A stretch of 64,000 nucleotides of DNA from assembly GCA_963737655.1 (NCBI GenBank), contig CAVTTN010000002.1:4928001-4992000 (forward strand). Reading direction: 5' to 3'. The position numbers were made by a program, and so were the translations under genes. This DNA comes from an uncultured Planctomycetota bacterium. Its GTDB lineage: Bacteria; Planctomycetota; Planctomycetia; Isosphaerales; Isosphaeraceae. Of this stretch, positions 17,038 through 28,290 are shown piece after piece. Each line of letters opens with the position of its first letter. The first letter of the stretch is position 1. Under the pieces are notes generated by a model that worked only from the letters and a program-made list of their open reading frames with translations, was not told the origin of the DNA and ran no database searches.

Positions 17038-20000
17038 ATGAGGAAGACCTCGGCGACGGTCGCGGCCCCGGTCAAGGCGCTGAAGGACCTCACGCGGATC
17101 ATCCAGACCGCGCCCGGGTTTGCGGAGGTCCTCGCGTCCCTGAAGAACGGCCGAGGGGCGACGATCGACGGCGCCTGGGGGTCGGCGTCCCCCCTGGCCG
17201 CCGCGGCCCTGGGCCTCCATTCGCCGACGACCCTCCTGATCGTCCTGGCCCATGCCGGCGACGCCGACGACTTCGCCGGGGACGTCTCGACGTTCTCGGG
17301 CCTGAAGACCGAGCTCTTCCCCGCCTGGGACCGCCCGTCGCGACCTCGGTCCTCGCCCGAGGACGCCTCGGAGTCGGCGCCTCTGCCGACCGATGAGCTG
17401 TTCGGCCGCCGCATCCAGGTCGCGAAGCGACTGGCCGGCGCGCTGCCTCCCCGGGTCGTCGTGGCGCCGATCCAGGCCCTCTTGCAGCCCCTGCCCCGGC
17501 CCGAGGCCCTGGCGAAGAGCTCAAGGACGATCCGGGTGGGCGAGACGATCGCCGTCGAGGAGCTCGCCCGATGGCTCGTCGGCCAGGCGATGAGCCGCGT
17601 GGAGGTCGTCGAGGTCGCCGGGGAATTCAGCCTCCGCGGGGGGATTCTCGACGTCTTCCCGCTCGACGCCACCGAACCCGTCCGCGTCGAGTTCTTCGGC
17701 GACGATGTCGAGTCGATCCGCCCGTTCGATCCCGAGACCCAGCGCCTCCCTGGGCCGCGAGGACTCCTTCACGATCACCGCCGCGCCCTCGATCGACGGC
17801 CGGAAGCTCGACGACCTCGGCCACCTCGCCGACTTCCTGCCGAGGGAGACCTGGGTCGTCCTCGTCGAGCCCAATGACCTCCGCGAGGAGGCCCGGCTGT
17901 TCCTCTCCCGGGCCGACGACCCTCGCGGCCTGTTCTCGGTCGAATCCACGTTCGCTCGATTGCTCAAGAAGCCCTCGGTCACGCTCTCGACGCTCTCGGC
18001 GAGCTCCCTGGAGACGGGCTGTCACCTGAGGGTCGAGTCGGTCGAGCGGTTTTCGGGCGAGCTCACGAAGGTGAAGGCCGAGCTCGATTCGGCCGCCGGG
18101 CTCGACCGGGTGCTCATCGCCTGCCACAACCAGGGCGAGGTGGACCGGCTGGGCGAGGTCTTCGCCGACACCAAGCTCGCCCAGGCCGGCAAGCTCGGGC
18201 TGACCGTCGGCCGAATCCGGGCCGGCTTCCGCATGATCGACGCGCAAACGCTCGTGATCGCCGATCATGAGCTGTTCGCCCGCGCCGACGTCCGCCGGGG
18301 GACGACCCGCCGCCGCTACGAGAGCCGGGCGATCGACAGCTTCCTCGACCTGAACGAGGGGGATCTGGTCGTCCACCTGAACCACGGGATCGCGGTCTAT
18401 CGCGGCCTCCAATTGGTGGACAAGGACGCCGAATACGGCGAGGAACAGCTGGTCCTGGAGTTCGCCGAGAAGACCCGGCTTTATGTGCCGATCGCCAAGG
18501 TGGACCTGGTCCAGAAGTACGTCGGCGGGGGGCGTTCGAACCCCCCTCTGTCGAAGATCGGCTCCTCGGCCTGGGAGAAGCGCAAGAAGCGGGTCGCGGA
18601 GGCGGTCGTCGATCTGGCCAGCGAGCTGATCGACATCCAGGCCGCCCGCGCCAGCCGGCCGGGGATCGCCTATCCGGCCGAGGACTCGCACTGGCTGGCC
18701 GAGTTCGAGGCCGCGTTCCCCTATCAGGAGACGCCCGACCAGCTCTCGGCCATCGAGGCGATCAAGGCCGACATGGCCCAGCCCCGGCCGATGGACCGGC
18801 TGATCTGCGGGGACGTGGGATACGGCAAGACCGAGGTGGCGATGAGGGCCGCGTTCAAGGCCGTCGATGCCGGCAAGCAAGTGGCCGTGCTGGTGCCGAC
18901 GACCGTCCTCGCCGAACAGCACCACCGGACGTTCTCCGAACGGATGGGCGAGTTCCCGTTCATCGTCGAGGCCGTGAATCGCTTCCGCCCCAGGTCGGAG
19001 ATCAAGGACGTCCTGAAACGGACCGCCGCCGGGTCGGTGGACGTCCTGATCGGCACCCATCGGATCGTCCAGAAGGACGTGGCGTTCAAGGACCTGGGCC
19101 TCGTGGTGATCGACGAGGAGCAACGCTTCGGCGTCGAGGACAAGGAGTGGCTCAAGACGCTCCGATCGACGGTGGACGTGCTCACGCTCTCGGCCACGCC
19201 GATCCCCCGGACGCTCCACATGAGCTTGCTCGGCATCCGGGACATCTCCAACCTCGAGACCCCCCCGCCGGACCGCAAGGCGATCGAGACCCGGATCACT
19301 CGCTGGGATGACGAGATGATCAAGCGGGCGATCTTGCGGGAGCTCGACCGCGAGGGGCAGGTCTATTTCGTCCATAATCGGGTGTACGACATCCACGGGA
19401 TCGTCGATCGCATCCAGGCCCTCGTGCCCGAGGCCCGGATCCTCGTCGCCCACGGCCAGATGCCGGGCGAGGCCCTGGAACGGGCGATGATCGATTTCGT
19501 CGCCCACAAGGCCGACATCCTGGTGGCCACGACGATCATCGAGTCGGGCGTCGATATCCCCAACGTGAACACGATCTTCATCCACGAGGCCGACCGCTAC
19601 GGGCTGGCCGACCTCCACCAGCTCCGAGGGCGGGTCGGCCGGTTCAAGCATCGGGCCTATGCCTATCTGCTCCTCGAATCCGACCGGCCGGTCACGGAGA
19701 ACGCGGTGAAGCGGCTGAAGGCGATCGAGGAGTTCACCGAGCTCGGCGCCGGGTTCAAGATCGCGCTCCGCGACCTGGAAATCCGGGGGGCCGGCAACAT
19801 CCTGGGCGCCGAGCAGTCGGGCCACATCGAGAGCGTGGGCTATGAGCTGTATTGCAGCCTCCTGGAAGCGGCCGTCCGGGCCCTGACGAACAAGCCGGAC
19901 CGCCCGGCCTTCGATTGCTCGATCGAGCTGGCCTGGCGGGCCTACCTGCCGAAAGACTACGTCCCCGGGGCGAAGCTCAAGGTCGAGCTCTATCGGAGGC

Positions 20001-20338
20001 TCGGCCGGATTCGCTCTTGGGAGCGTTTGACCGACTTCCGACAGGAGTTGATCGACCGATTCGGCCCGCTGCCCCCTCCGGCCGAGAACTTGCTGGCCGA
20101 GGCCGAGCTCCGGCTCCTGGCCGAGCGGTGGCAACTGGCGAGGATCCACGTCGAGGACGAGTACGCGGTGCTCTCGTACCGGAATCCGAAGCGGATCGAG
20201 GCCCTGGCGAAGCTGCATCCGGGCCGGGTGCGGATCGTGGACGAGAAGACGGCGTACGTCCCTCTCGACGACGAGAGGAAGAGGCCGCCGGGCGCGGTGG
20301 TGGCCTCGGCGGTCAAAGCGCTCTTGCGGGTTTCGTGA
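17038..20338 (+). CDS. mfd: Transcription-repair coupling factor; frameshift near 17745
   Basis: GEFSLRGGILDVFP..VRVEFFGDDVESIRPFDPETQR, then CarD-like GDLVVHLNHGI, GDVGYGKTEVA, IDEEQRFGV, LHQLRGRVGR, DLEIRGAGNILG and TRCF tail. One extra C at CGCCTCCC. Confidence 0.97.
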
Positions 20339-20441
20339 AGGCCGGGTAGAAGGTCGCGACCCCGGTCCGTTCGGATCGCGGGATACGGATGCCACTCGGT
20401 CGTCGCGTCGCGGCCGTCCCGTCGTCGAGAGAGGGTCCGCG

Positions 20442-22024
20442 ATGAACCGCCTCGCCCTGGCCGGCCTGCTCGCGATGGCCTCCTGCGGATGCGCCCGAGG
20501 GCGGGCCGCCATGCCCCCGCGATCGACGATGGCCGGTCCCGTCGGCATCCAGCCGATGGAGCCGATCCGCGCCTCGATCAACGAGGGGAAGGTCCCCGCC
20601 GATCCGGGGGCGGTCCGCGCCAGTTATGAAGCCCCGGAGCCGGAAGCGACCGAGGCTCCCCCAAACTTTCGAGACTCCCCTCCCAGGCGTGCCGAGAAGC
20701 TCCTGACCGAGGGAAACGCGGCGCTTCAGGCGTCACCCTCGGTCGCCGAGCCTCCGCCGGATCGGCCGGCGCCGGAAGCCGGACCGGGGCCGGCGGCGGT
20801 GGTCGAGCCGGTCCCCGCCCCCGAACCTCCCCCGGCGGCCCCCCTGGTGGAAACGGCCTCGCTGGGCGACCCGCTGCCCCCCCTGCCCGCCTCGCCGGCC
20901 CCGGTCTCGAACCCGCCCCAATCGGCCGGATCGCCGCCGTCCTCGCCCGATGCGAAGTCGGCGGCGGGGGCCCCGCCTCGCGGCTCGACCATCGGCCTGA
21001 AGACCGAGCCCGGGCTCGCCCCGGGACGGCCCGCCGCGATGGTCGCCGCCCGGGTGGGCGACACGATCATCACGTTTCGGGAGCTCGACCGCGTGGTCGC
21101 CGACCGGATCAAGGCCCAGGGCGTGAGCGCCTCGGAGATCCCGCCCGACCAGTTGAACATGATCGCCAAGACGATCCTGGAAGACCTGATCGACAACACG
21201 ATGATCGTGGCCGACGCCCGCAAGGAGATGAAGAAGCCCCAGCAATGGCAGATGTTCTCGGACCACATCGAGAAGGTCTGGAAGGAGCGCGAGCTCCCCC
21301 GCTCTGCCGCCGCTACAAGGTCGATGGCGAGCTCGCCCTGAGGAAGAAGATGGAGGCGATGGGCGAGTCGCTCGACGACCAGAAGGCCCAGTTCAAGCTC
21401 TCGACGATGGCCCACGACATCCTCATGATGAGGCTCCAGCAAAAAATCACCAAGCCGGCCCTGCCGGAGATGATCGTCTATTACGAGGCCCACAAGGACC
21501 AGTACAACCGCCCGGCGCAGATCCGCTGGAGCGAGATCCTGATCCCCGCCAAGGGAGGCGCGAAGGCCCAGGCCAGGGCCGAGGCCATCCGCGCCCGACT
21601 GCTCCAGGGCGAGCCGTTCGAGGCGCTGGCCAAGGCCGAGAGCGCCGGCGATACCGCCTCCAAGGGCGGCCTCTGGCCCAACACCACGCCCGGGAGCCTC
21701 CGCTCGGCCGACCTGAACAAGGCGCTGGACACCCAGCCGATCGGCGCGATCGGCCCGGTGATCGCCGACGCCAAGGGCTTCCACATCGTCCGGGTCGAAT
21801 CGCGGCGAGGGGCCGGGCCCGCGAAGTTCCACGAGGTCCAGAAGGAAGTCGCCGACGAGCTCTTCCGCGAGGGCTTCCTCCGCCACCGCGACGAATTGTT
21901 GAAGAAGCTCCGGGCCCGGACGGCCATCAGCGCCCCCCTGTTCGAGGGGACCGACTCCGCGCCCTCGATGGTCACCGAACCCTCGAAGAAGGACGCCGAG
22001 GCGAAGCCCGCGGGCTATCGTTAG
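20442..22024 (+). CDS. PpiC/SurA-type peptidyl-prolyl isomerase lipoprotein; frameshift near 21300
   Basis: Lipobox MASCG-C, Pro-rich linker, VAARVGDTII SurA-N-like region and FEALAKAES..TASKGG..IGPVI..GFHIVRV rotamase domain. The C5 run needs one more C. Confidence 0.88.
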
Positions 22025-22062
22025 GCCAACCCCGAGCCAGCGGGGGAGTTCGAGGACTTCCC

Positions 22063-22902
22063 ATGATCCCCGAGGGGATGACGGTCGTCGGATCGTTCTG
22101 GACGGGCTCGCCGGGCGAGGCCCTCTCCGCCCTGGAAGCCCTCGCGAGGATCGACCCGGCCGGGGCCTCCCACGACCCGACCGGCCGCGCCGTCGCCGCC
22201 ATCCATGTCGACCTGGGACGGACCGGACCGGACCGCTTCTTCCGGGCCCTCCGGGAGAACTCGGTCCGCCTCGTCCGGTCTTTCCTCCATGCCTCCTACG
22301 GGTCGGAGTTCTGGTCGCGAACGCCCGAGGAGTGCGTGGGGGCGGTGCTTGGGATCGACGGCCACGTCGCGATGGCCGACCCTCGCGATTACGGGCGGAT
22401 CATCCCCCTGGAGCGGCCCCTCGCCATCCGGTCCCGTCCGGTCGCGGACGCTGAGGACCGCGGCCCGGCCCCTCACGTGGTCCGTGCCGGCGGCCTCCCG
22501 TTCCTGAGCGACGGCCTCCTGAAGACGCTCCGCGACCTGGGGGCGGCGGGAGAGACCGCCGAGATCGTCTACCAGGGCCCGAAGCGGAGCGAGTTCGGCA
22601 AGGTCCAGGCCGGTTACAGGCGATTCCACGTCCTCCCCGAGATCGACACCGGGGGCCACCCGCCGATCGACCTCCTCCCGGCCCCTCTGGGCGAGGATTT
22701 CGGCATCTGCGGATTCCGCCGATCGAGGGGAGAGGACGCCTGGATCGAGGTCGCGCTCGACCGCCGGGCCGCCGAGGCCCTCCGGGCCCGCCGAAGGACG
22801 GTCCTCCTTCGCCCGATCTTCTCGCGGGATGGGGCCGTGGCGGACTTCCGGAAGCGGGTCGAGGAGTCCGCCCGGGACCTCGGGTCCGATCCCCTGATCT
22901 AG
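22063..22902 (+). CDS. Hypothetical protein (weak Imm11/DUF1629-like pattern)
   Basis: GAGGA RBS; 279-aa ORF with globular composition, filling the gap between flanking genes. Confidence 0.6.
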   Translation: MIPEGMTVVGSFWTGSPGEALSALEALARIDPAGASHDPTGRAVAAIHVDLGRTGPDRFFRALRENSVRLVRSFLHASYGSEFWSRTPEECVGAVLGIDGHVAMADPRDYGRIIPLERPLAIRSRPVADAEDRGPAPHVVRAGGLPFLSDGLLKTLRDLGAAGETAEIVYQGPKRSEFGKVQAGYRRFHVLPEIDTGGHPPIDLLPAPLGEDFGICGFRRSRGEDAWIEVALDRRAAEALRARRRTVLLRPIFSRDGAVADFRKRVEESARDLGSDPLI

Positions 22903-22928
22903 CCGGGGAAGCGCCTCGCGACTTCGGT

Positions 22929-24410
22929 TCAGCACGCGCCGTCGGGCCCGGCCTCGTCCGGCGAAGCGGGCGGGCCGACGGTCTCCATCCACAGGGCGGC
23001 GGCTTCTCGGTTCTCGTCTCGGGCCTGGCCTTCGAGGTTGTCCCGTTCGTGGAGGATCAGGCGGGTCAGGTGATCGCGGGCGTCGGAGGCGTGGGCGAGG
23101 AAGCCCGTCATCAGGTCCTCGCCCTCGAGCTCGCCGTCGGCGAACTTCGCGATCGCCTCGGACTTGATCCGCCCGAGCTCGGACTGCAACTCGAGCAATT
23201 CGCGGAGGTCCAGCCTCGCCACCAGCTCCAGAGCCAGAGAGCGGGACTCGATCTCGCCGACCTTCAGGATGTAATGCTCGAACCCGCTCTCGCGGAGCCG
23301 ACGATAGCGGCTGCGGAGCCACTGCCAGAGGAAGAACGCCGCGGTCAGGACCGCCCCGGCGATCGAGAGCTCTTTTTCGATGGCGTCGATGATGTCGCCG
23401 GTGATCAAGGGCTTGCTCCGCTCCTGATAGAGCAGAGTCCCGCCGTGCAGGGGCATCTCGGGGGCCGATTCGAGGAGCGTGTCGGTCAACGGAGGGTGCG
23501 CCAGCTGGGAGAACGGCGTGCGGAACGTCGCTTCCAGGACGCGGCTGACGGCCTCCGGGTCCACGTCCTTGTGGGCGACCAGCAGCAGCCGGGTCCCGAG
23601 GGTGCGGACCGGCTCGGGCGGGACCGCCGGGCGGACCCCGTAGGTGAACGCCGGGATCGTGGCCTCGATCACGTGATCGCGCGCGACGCCCGAGGTCGCC
23701 TCGCCCGCCGTCTCGTCGGTCCCGCCGTCGATCGAGTACGCCTCGCCGAACGGCAAGGCGACCAGGCGCAGGCCGTGACGCCCCACCAGCTTCTTCGCGA
23801 CCCGGGACGGCAGGAGAGACACCATGAACAGGGCGTCGGGCAGGGCGTTGCGATCGCGGATGTGTTCGAGCTCGTCGTAAGAAAGCGTCGAGGCGTGGAA
23901 ATCGGCGTCGGCGCCCATCCCGGCGAACCTCATCACGTCGGAGGCGAGGGCATGGGTCCCGCTGCCGACCTCGCCCAGGTTCACGCTCTTGCCGCGGAGG
24001 GCCTCCAGGCTCCGGCCGACGCCCTCGGCCAGCTCCTTCTTGACCAGCAGATGCAACGGCTCGACATGGAGCGCCGCGACCTGCCGGACGTTCGGCCGAT
24101 CCCCGACGCCGAGCCCTCCCTGGACCAACGCCAGGTCGATCGACCGGGAATTCACGCGGTCGAGCGCCTGTTCCGACCCGGCGGTCTCGACGAGTTTCAG
24201 GACGACCCGGTAGCGGACCGCCTCGGCGGCGAGCGATTCGGCCATCGAGTGCCGCGAGCCCTGGGGCCGCCCGGCCGAGATCGTCAAACGGGCCGGTCGG
24301 GAGCTCCCCCGGCCGAAGACCAGCCAGAGCACGGCCAGGACGACCGCCGCGACGATCGCCAGGGCCGCCCGGTCCCTCGCCACGCTCTTGAACAGACTTC
24401 GCGAGGCCAT
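22929..24410 (-). CDS. TAXI-family TRAP solute-binding protein with N- and C-terminal TM segments
   Basis: ETAGSEQAL..DLALVQGG, LHVEPLHLLV, LRGKSVNLGEVGSGT and MPLHGG motifs. TM helix IAGAVLTAAFFLWQWL is followed by a helical tail. Confidence 0.85.
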   Translation of the reverse strand: MASRSLFKSVARDRAALAIVAAVVLAVLWLVFGRGSSRPARLTISAGRPQGSRHSMAESLAAEAVRYRVVLKLVETAGSEQALDRVNSRSIDLALVQGGLGVGDRPNVRQVAALHVEPLHLLVKKELAEGVGRSLEALRGKSVNLGEVGSGTHALASDVMRFAGMGADADFHASTLSYDELEHIRDRNALPDALFMVSLLPSRVAKKLVGRHGLRLVALPFGEAYSIDGGTDETAGEATSGVARDHVIEATIPAFTYGVRPAVPPEPVRTLGTRLLLVAHKDVDPEAVSRVLEATFRTPFSQLAHPPLTDTLLESAPEMPLHGGTLLYQERSKPLITGDIIDAIEKELSIAGAVLTAAFFLWQWLRSRYRRLRESGFEHYILKVGEIESRSLALELVARLDLRELLELQSELGRIKSEAIAKFADGELEGEDLMTGFLAHASDARDHLTRLILHERDNLEGQARDENREAAALWMETVGPPASPDEAGPDGAC

Positions 24411-24487
24411 CGCGGACCCTCTCCGTCCGGCAGGGGATTCGTCTCCGGCCTCATCTTATTCATCCGAAGCCCCGGCGGCGACACGCT

Positions 24488-24999
24488 TCATCGCTGGAGC
24501 AACTGCTCGCCGAACTCGAAGAGCAGGAGCTCTACGATGATCCCGATGGCCAGCAGGACCACGTTGAGGAACGAGAAGGCGAGGGCTTCCATCGCGGCGA
24601 TCCACCCATCCCGACGGGCCCCGGGCTCGGAGTCCTGAAAGATTCGGCGGGCCAGGAGGGGCGCGACGACCGTGAGGGCGAAGAAGCCCTGGAACCAGTA
24701 GATGATCCCTCGGCCCAGCCGGCATCCACGAGTTGAAAGAGGGCGAGCAGCGCCAGGCAGGCGATGGCCGCCTGGAGGCCGATCTGGGCGATCGAATGCC
24801 GCCGGATCGCCCCGAGGGCCAGGGCCGTCAGGCCGATCCCGAGGACCAGGATCGCCGGGGCGTCGAAATTCCAGCCGGGGAGCGTGGACCCCGTCGCGTG
24901 CTTGCGGACCTCCGCGAACAGGGCCGACGCCGCCCCGCAGGCGAGGACCACCATCATCAGGCTCGCCATCGAGACGCGGAATCGTCGGGTCCTGGGCAT
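24488..24999 (-). CDS. Hypothetical multi-TM membrane protein; frameshift near 24710
   Basis: AGGAGG RBS; MPRTRRFRVSMASLMMVV.. joins GIIYWFQGFFALTVVAP..LAFSFLNVVLLAIGII with one added G. Confidence 0.7.
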
Positions 25000-25184
25000 G
25001 CATCCTCCTCCCGGTCGGGGCGTTCAGGCTACCCCGAGCCTTCTCGAACCGCAATAATCCCGGGCGGCCGGCGAATCTTCCGGCGAAATCCGGCCTCGGG
25101 CCGTTGCCCCGGGCCCCTCGCTTCGGGTAACGTTCCGGCCGAGCCGGCATCGAGACTTCGTGACGTGACGAAAGGGTGGCACCG

Positions 25185-25817
25185 ATGACTCTGCTTCTGG
25201 CGCTCACGAGCGTCGAGACGATCTTGCTGGCCGTCGTCGGCGGGATCGTCGTCCTGGTGATCCTCGTGGCGATGTTCGCCATCGGCGTCTACAACCGATT
25301 GGTCGCGCTGAGGAACCGTTACAAGAATGCGTTCAGCCAGATCGACGTGCAATTGAAGCGTCGATACGACCTGATCCCCAACCTCGTCGAGACGGTCAAG
25401 GGTTACATGAAGCACGAGTCGGGGACGCTCGAAGCGGTGATCCAGGCGAGGAACTCGGCGTTCAGCGCGTCGCAGAAGGCGGCCAGCAGCCCCGGCGACC
25501 CCTCGGCGATGAGCGGCCTGAGCTCGGCCGAAGGGCAGCTCAACGGCGCCCTCGGCCGCCTGTTCGCCCTGACCGAGAGCTATCCCGACCTCAAGGCGAA
25601 CCAGAACATGCTGTCGCTCCAGGAGGAGCTGACCTCGACCGAGAACAAGGTCGCCTTCGCCCGCCAGGCGTACAACGATTCGGTGATGCAGTACAACACT
25701 CGCCGGGAGACTTTCCCCGACGTCGTCGTCGCCAACTTCCTCAACTTCGGCGAGGCGAAGCTGTTCGAGGTCGAGTCGGAGAAGGAACGGGCCGCCCCCC
25801 GGGTCTCGTTCAGTTGA
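25185..25817 (+). CDS. lemA: LemA family protein
   Basis: YNRLVALRNR..NAFSQIDVQLKRRYDLIPNLVETVKGYM.HE, ESYPDLKANQN and TENKVAFARQAYND motifs. Confidence 0.96.
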   Translation: MTLLLALTSVETILLAVVGGIVVLVILVAMFAIGVYNRLVALRNRYKNAFSQIDVQLKRRYDLIPNLVETVKGYMKHESGTLEAVIQARNSAFSASQKAASSPGDPSAMSGLSSAEGQLNGALGRLFALTESYPDLKANQNMLSLQEELTSTENKVAFARQAYNDSVMQYNTRRETFPDVVVANFLNFGEAKLFEVESEKERAAPRVSFS

Positions 25818-25838
25818 GAGAATGGGCCGAGCCGCGCG

Positions 25839-25872
25839 TTTCGTAGGGCAGGCCTCGGCCTGCCCTACGAAA
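25839..25872. repeat. Perfect GTAG-containing palindrome (REP-like) between lemA and the M48 protease gene
   Basis: TTTCGTAGGGCAGGCC-TC-GGCCTGCCCTACGAAA, 16-bp perfect stem. Confidence 0.85.
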
Positions 25873-25940
25873 GCCGTCATCCTCCCGGCAATCGGCCCTG
25901 GTTCTGTGGTGTTATCTTTCTCCGAGCTCCCCGAGTCATC

Positions 25941-27935
25941 ATGGCCACCGATTTTTTCGACCGTCAGGCAGACGCCCATCGGCGGACCGGCCGCCTGGTG
26001 TTCTATTTCGGGGCGGCCGTCGTCCTGATCATCTTGACGGTCTATGCCGTCATCACGGCGATCTTCTTCTATGGGCAGAAGGGGCGGACCCCGGACGGCC
26101 CGCGAGTCGAGATCCTCGACCCGATCCGCCTGGCGGCCGTCGCGGCGGGGACGGGCCTGGTGATCCTCGGCGGCAGCGTGTTCAAGACCCTCAGCCTCCG
26201 CGAAGGCGGCCCCGCCGTGGCCCGGATGCTCGACGGCCGGCTCGTCGATGGCAGCTCGCGAGAGCCGGCCGAGCGCCGCCTGCTCAACATCGTCGAGGAG
26301 ATGGCCATCGCCTCCGGCACGCCCGTCCCCCAGGTGTATGTCCTGGACAGGGAGGAAGGCATCAACGCCTTCGCCGCCGGATATACCTCGGGCGACTCGG
26401 TGATCGGGGTGACTCGCGGGGCCTTGAAGCACCTGGACCGCGACGAGCTCCAGGGCGTGATCGCCCACGAATTCAGCCACATCCTCAACGGCGACGTCCG
26501 GCTCGACGTCCGCCTGATCGGCGTCCTCCACGGGATCTTGCTCCTCGCCCTGATCGGCGAGATCCTCATGAGGATGATGCAATATGCCCCGAGTTCGAGG
26601 CGATCGAGCGACGGCGAGAAAAAAGACAATTCGGCCCTCGCGTTCTTCCTGATGGGCCTGGCCCTCTACCTGATCGGCTATCTCGGCGTGTTCTTCGGCC
26701 GATTGATCCAGGCCGCCGTGTCCCGGCAGCGAGAGTTCCTGGCCGATGCCTCGGCCGTCCAGTTCACGAGGAACCCGGAGGGGATCGCCGGGGCGCTGAA
26801 GACCATCGGCGGGCTGGCCGACGGGTCGAAGGTCAAGACGCCGGCGGCGATGGAAGCCTGCCACATGTTCTTCGGCGAGGGCGTCCCGTCGATGATCGAC
26901 CTCCTGGCGACCCACCCGCCCCTGGTCGAGCGGATCAAGCGGCTCGACCCCTCGTTCGACGGGCAATTCCCGGTGATCCCCGAGGATTCGAGCGTCGATG
27001 ACGACCTGGAGGTCGTCGAGGAAAAGGCTCGGAAGCCGGCCATGCCCACGATCCTCCCCGGGCTGCCGACGGCCGGAGGGTCGATCGGGATGCAGGCGGC
27101 GGCCGTCCTCGCCTCGGTCGGCACGGCCGACCCGGCGCACATGGCCTATGCCTCCGAGCTCCTCGCCGACCTCCCCGCCCCGATCGCCTCGGCCGCCCGC
27201 GAGCCGTTCGGAGCGATCGCGTTGATTTATGCCCTATTGCTCGATGACGACCCGGCGATCCGCCATCGGCAGCTCGACGGGATCGCCGCGAACGACGCCC
27301 CGGGCCTCGCCCGCGAGGCCGCCCGGCTCGCCCCCCTGGCCGGGTCGCTCGGACCGGAGGCGAGGGTACCCCTGGTCGATCTGGCGTTGCCGTCCCTCCG
27401 ACGGCTCAGCCCGATCCAGTATCCACGGTTCCGAGGCAACGTCGAGGCGCTGATCCAGGCCGATCAGCGGGTCTCGCTGTTCGAATTCGCCCTTCAACGG
27501 ATGCTGTTCCGGCACCTCGATCGGCAGTATCGCCGGGCCGCGCCCCAGGCCGTCCGGTTCACGACGGTCGGGCCGCTCCTGCCGTCGCTCTCGGCGCTAT
27601 TGTCGTCGCTGGCGAGGATCGGCCAGGAGGCGCCGGAGGACGTCGAGCGGGCGTTCCGGGCCGGCGCGGCGAAGCTCGGGCCGGAGGGGGCGTCGCTGGG
27701 CCTCGTCGCGGAGGATGCCGGCTCGCTCCCGGCCGTGGATCAGGCCCTGAACGCCCTGGCGGCGGCGTCCCCACCCCTCAAGAAAAGGGCCATCGACGCC
27801 TGCGCCGCCTGCATCGCCGCCGACGGCCGCGTGACGGTCGAGGAAGGCGAATTGCTCCGCGCGATCGCCGATTCGCTCGACTGCCCGATGCCGCCGATCC
27901 TCCCGGATTCGGTCAAGCCCGGTCGAACCCCTTGA
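25941..27935 (+). CDS. M48 family (HtpX-like) membrane metallopeptidase with extended C-terminal domain
   Basis: INAFAAG, ELQGVIAHEFSH (HExxH), SRQREFLADASA and ATHPPLVERI motifs; TerB-like C-terminus (AADGRVTVEEGELLRAIADSL). Confidence 0.93.
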   Translation: MATDFFDRQADAHRRTGRLVFYFGAAVVLIILTVYAVITAIFFYGQKGRTPDGPRVEILDPIRLAAVAAGTGLVILGGSVFKTLSLREGGPAVARMLDGRLVDGSSREPAERRLLNIVEEMAIASGTPVPQVYVLDREEGINAFAAGYTSGDSVIGVTRGALKHLDRDELQGVIAHEFSHILNGDVRLDVRLIGVLHGILLLALIGEILMRMMQYAPSSRRSSDGEKKDNSALAFFLMGLALYLIGYLGVFFGRLIQAAVSRQREFLADASAVQFTRNPEGIAGALKTIGGLADGSKVKTPAAMEACHMFFGEGVPSMIDLLATHPPLVERIKRLDPSFDGQFPVIPEDSSVDDDLEVVEEKARKPAMPTILPGLPTAGGSIGMQAAAVLASVGTADPAHMAYASELLADLPAPIASAAREPFGAIALIYALLLDDDPAIRHRQLDGIAANDAPGLAREAARLAPLAGSLGPEARVPLVDLALPSLRRLSPIQYPRFRGNVEALIQADQRVSLFEFALQRMLFRHLDRQYRRAAPQAVRFTTVGPLLPSLSALLSSLARIGQEAPEDVERAFRAGAAKLGPEGASLGLVAEDAGSLPAVDQALNALAAASPPLKKRAIDACAACIAADGRVTVEEGELLRAIADSLDCPMPPILPDSVKPGRTP

Positions 27936-28251
27936 ACCACGTCCCCTGAGACCTCAATCGGCCGGAGTCCCCCTCGACCAGCAGGCCGTAGACGTTCGAG
28001 CGGACGGCGAGTTCCTCGCGGGAGCCGTCGTCGAATTCGAACGTCGCGAAATAGAAGGTCTGGGATGTGGGCCCCGCCTGAGCCCCGGCATGGTTGGCGC
28101 GAACCTCCATCCGCTTCGCCACGACGCGAGCCGGCCGGTCCAGCCGAGGCGCGCTCAGGTTGCTCACGACGTTGACCACGATGCTCCCGACGATGAACAC
28201 GAAGACCGCGCCGATAAACAGCGGGACGATCACGAAGAGATTGATGTTCAT
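27913..28251 (-). CDS. DUF2500-like small membrane protein
   Basis: N-terminal TM, ARVVAKR, YFATFEF..G.REEL.V..YGLLVEGD.G.L..QGTWF pattern. Confidence 0.8.
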   Translation of the reverse strand: MNINLFVIVPLFIGAVFVFIVGSIVVNVVSNLSAPRLDRPARVVAKRMEVRANHAGAQAGPTSQTFYFATFEFDDGSREELAVRSNVYGLLVEGDSGRLRSQGTWFKGFDRA

Positions 28252-28290
28252 CGTCGAGAGATCCTCTGCCCCGCTTCGATGGAGTGATCT

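Noticed and set aside
25157..25172. Imperfect dyad TTCGTGACGTGACGAA upstream of lemA
   Set aside because: Single short occurrence; cannot be distinguished from chance
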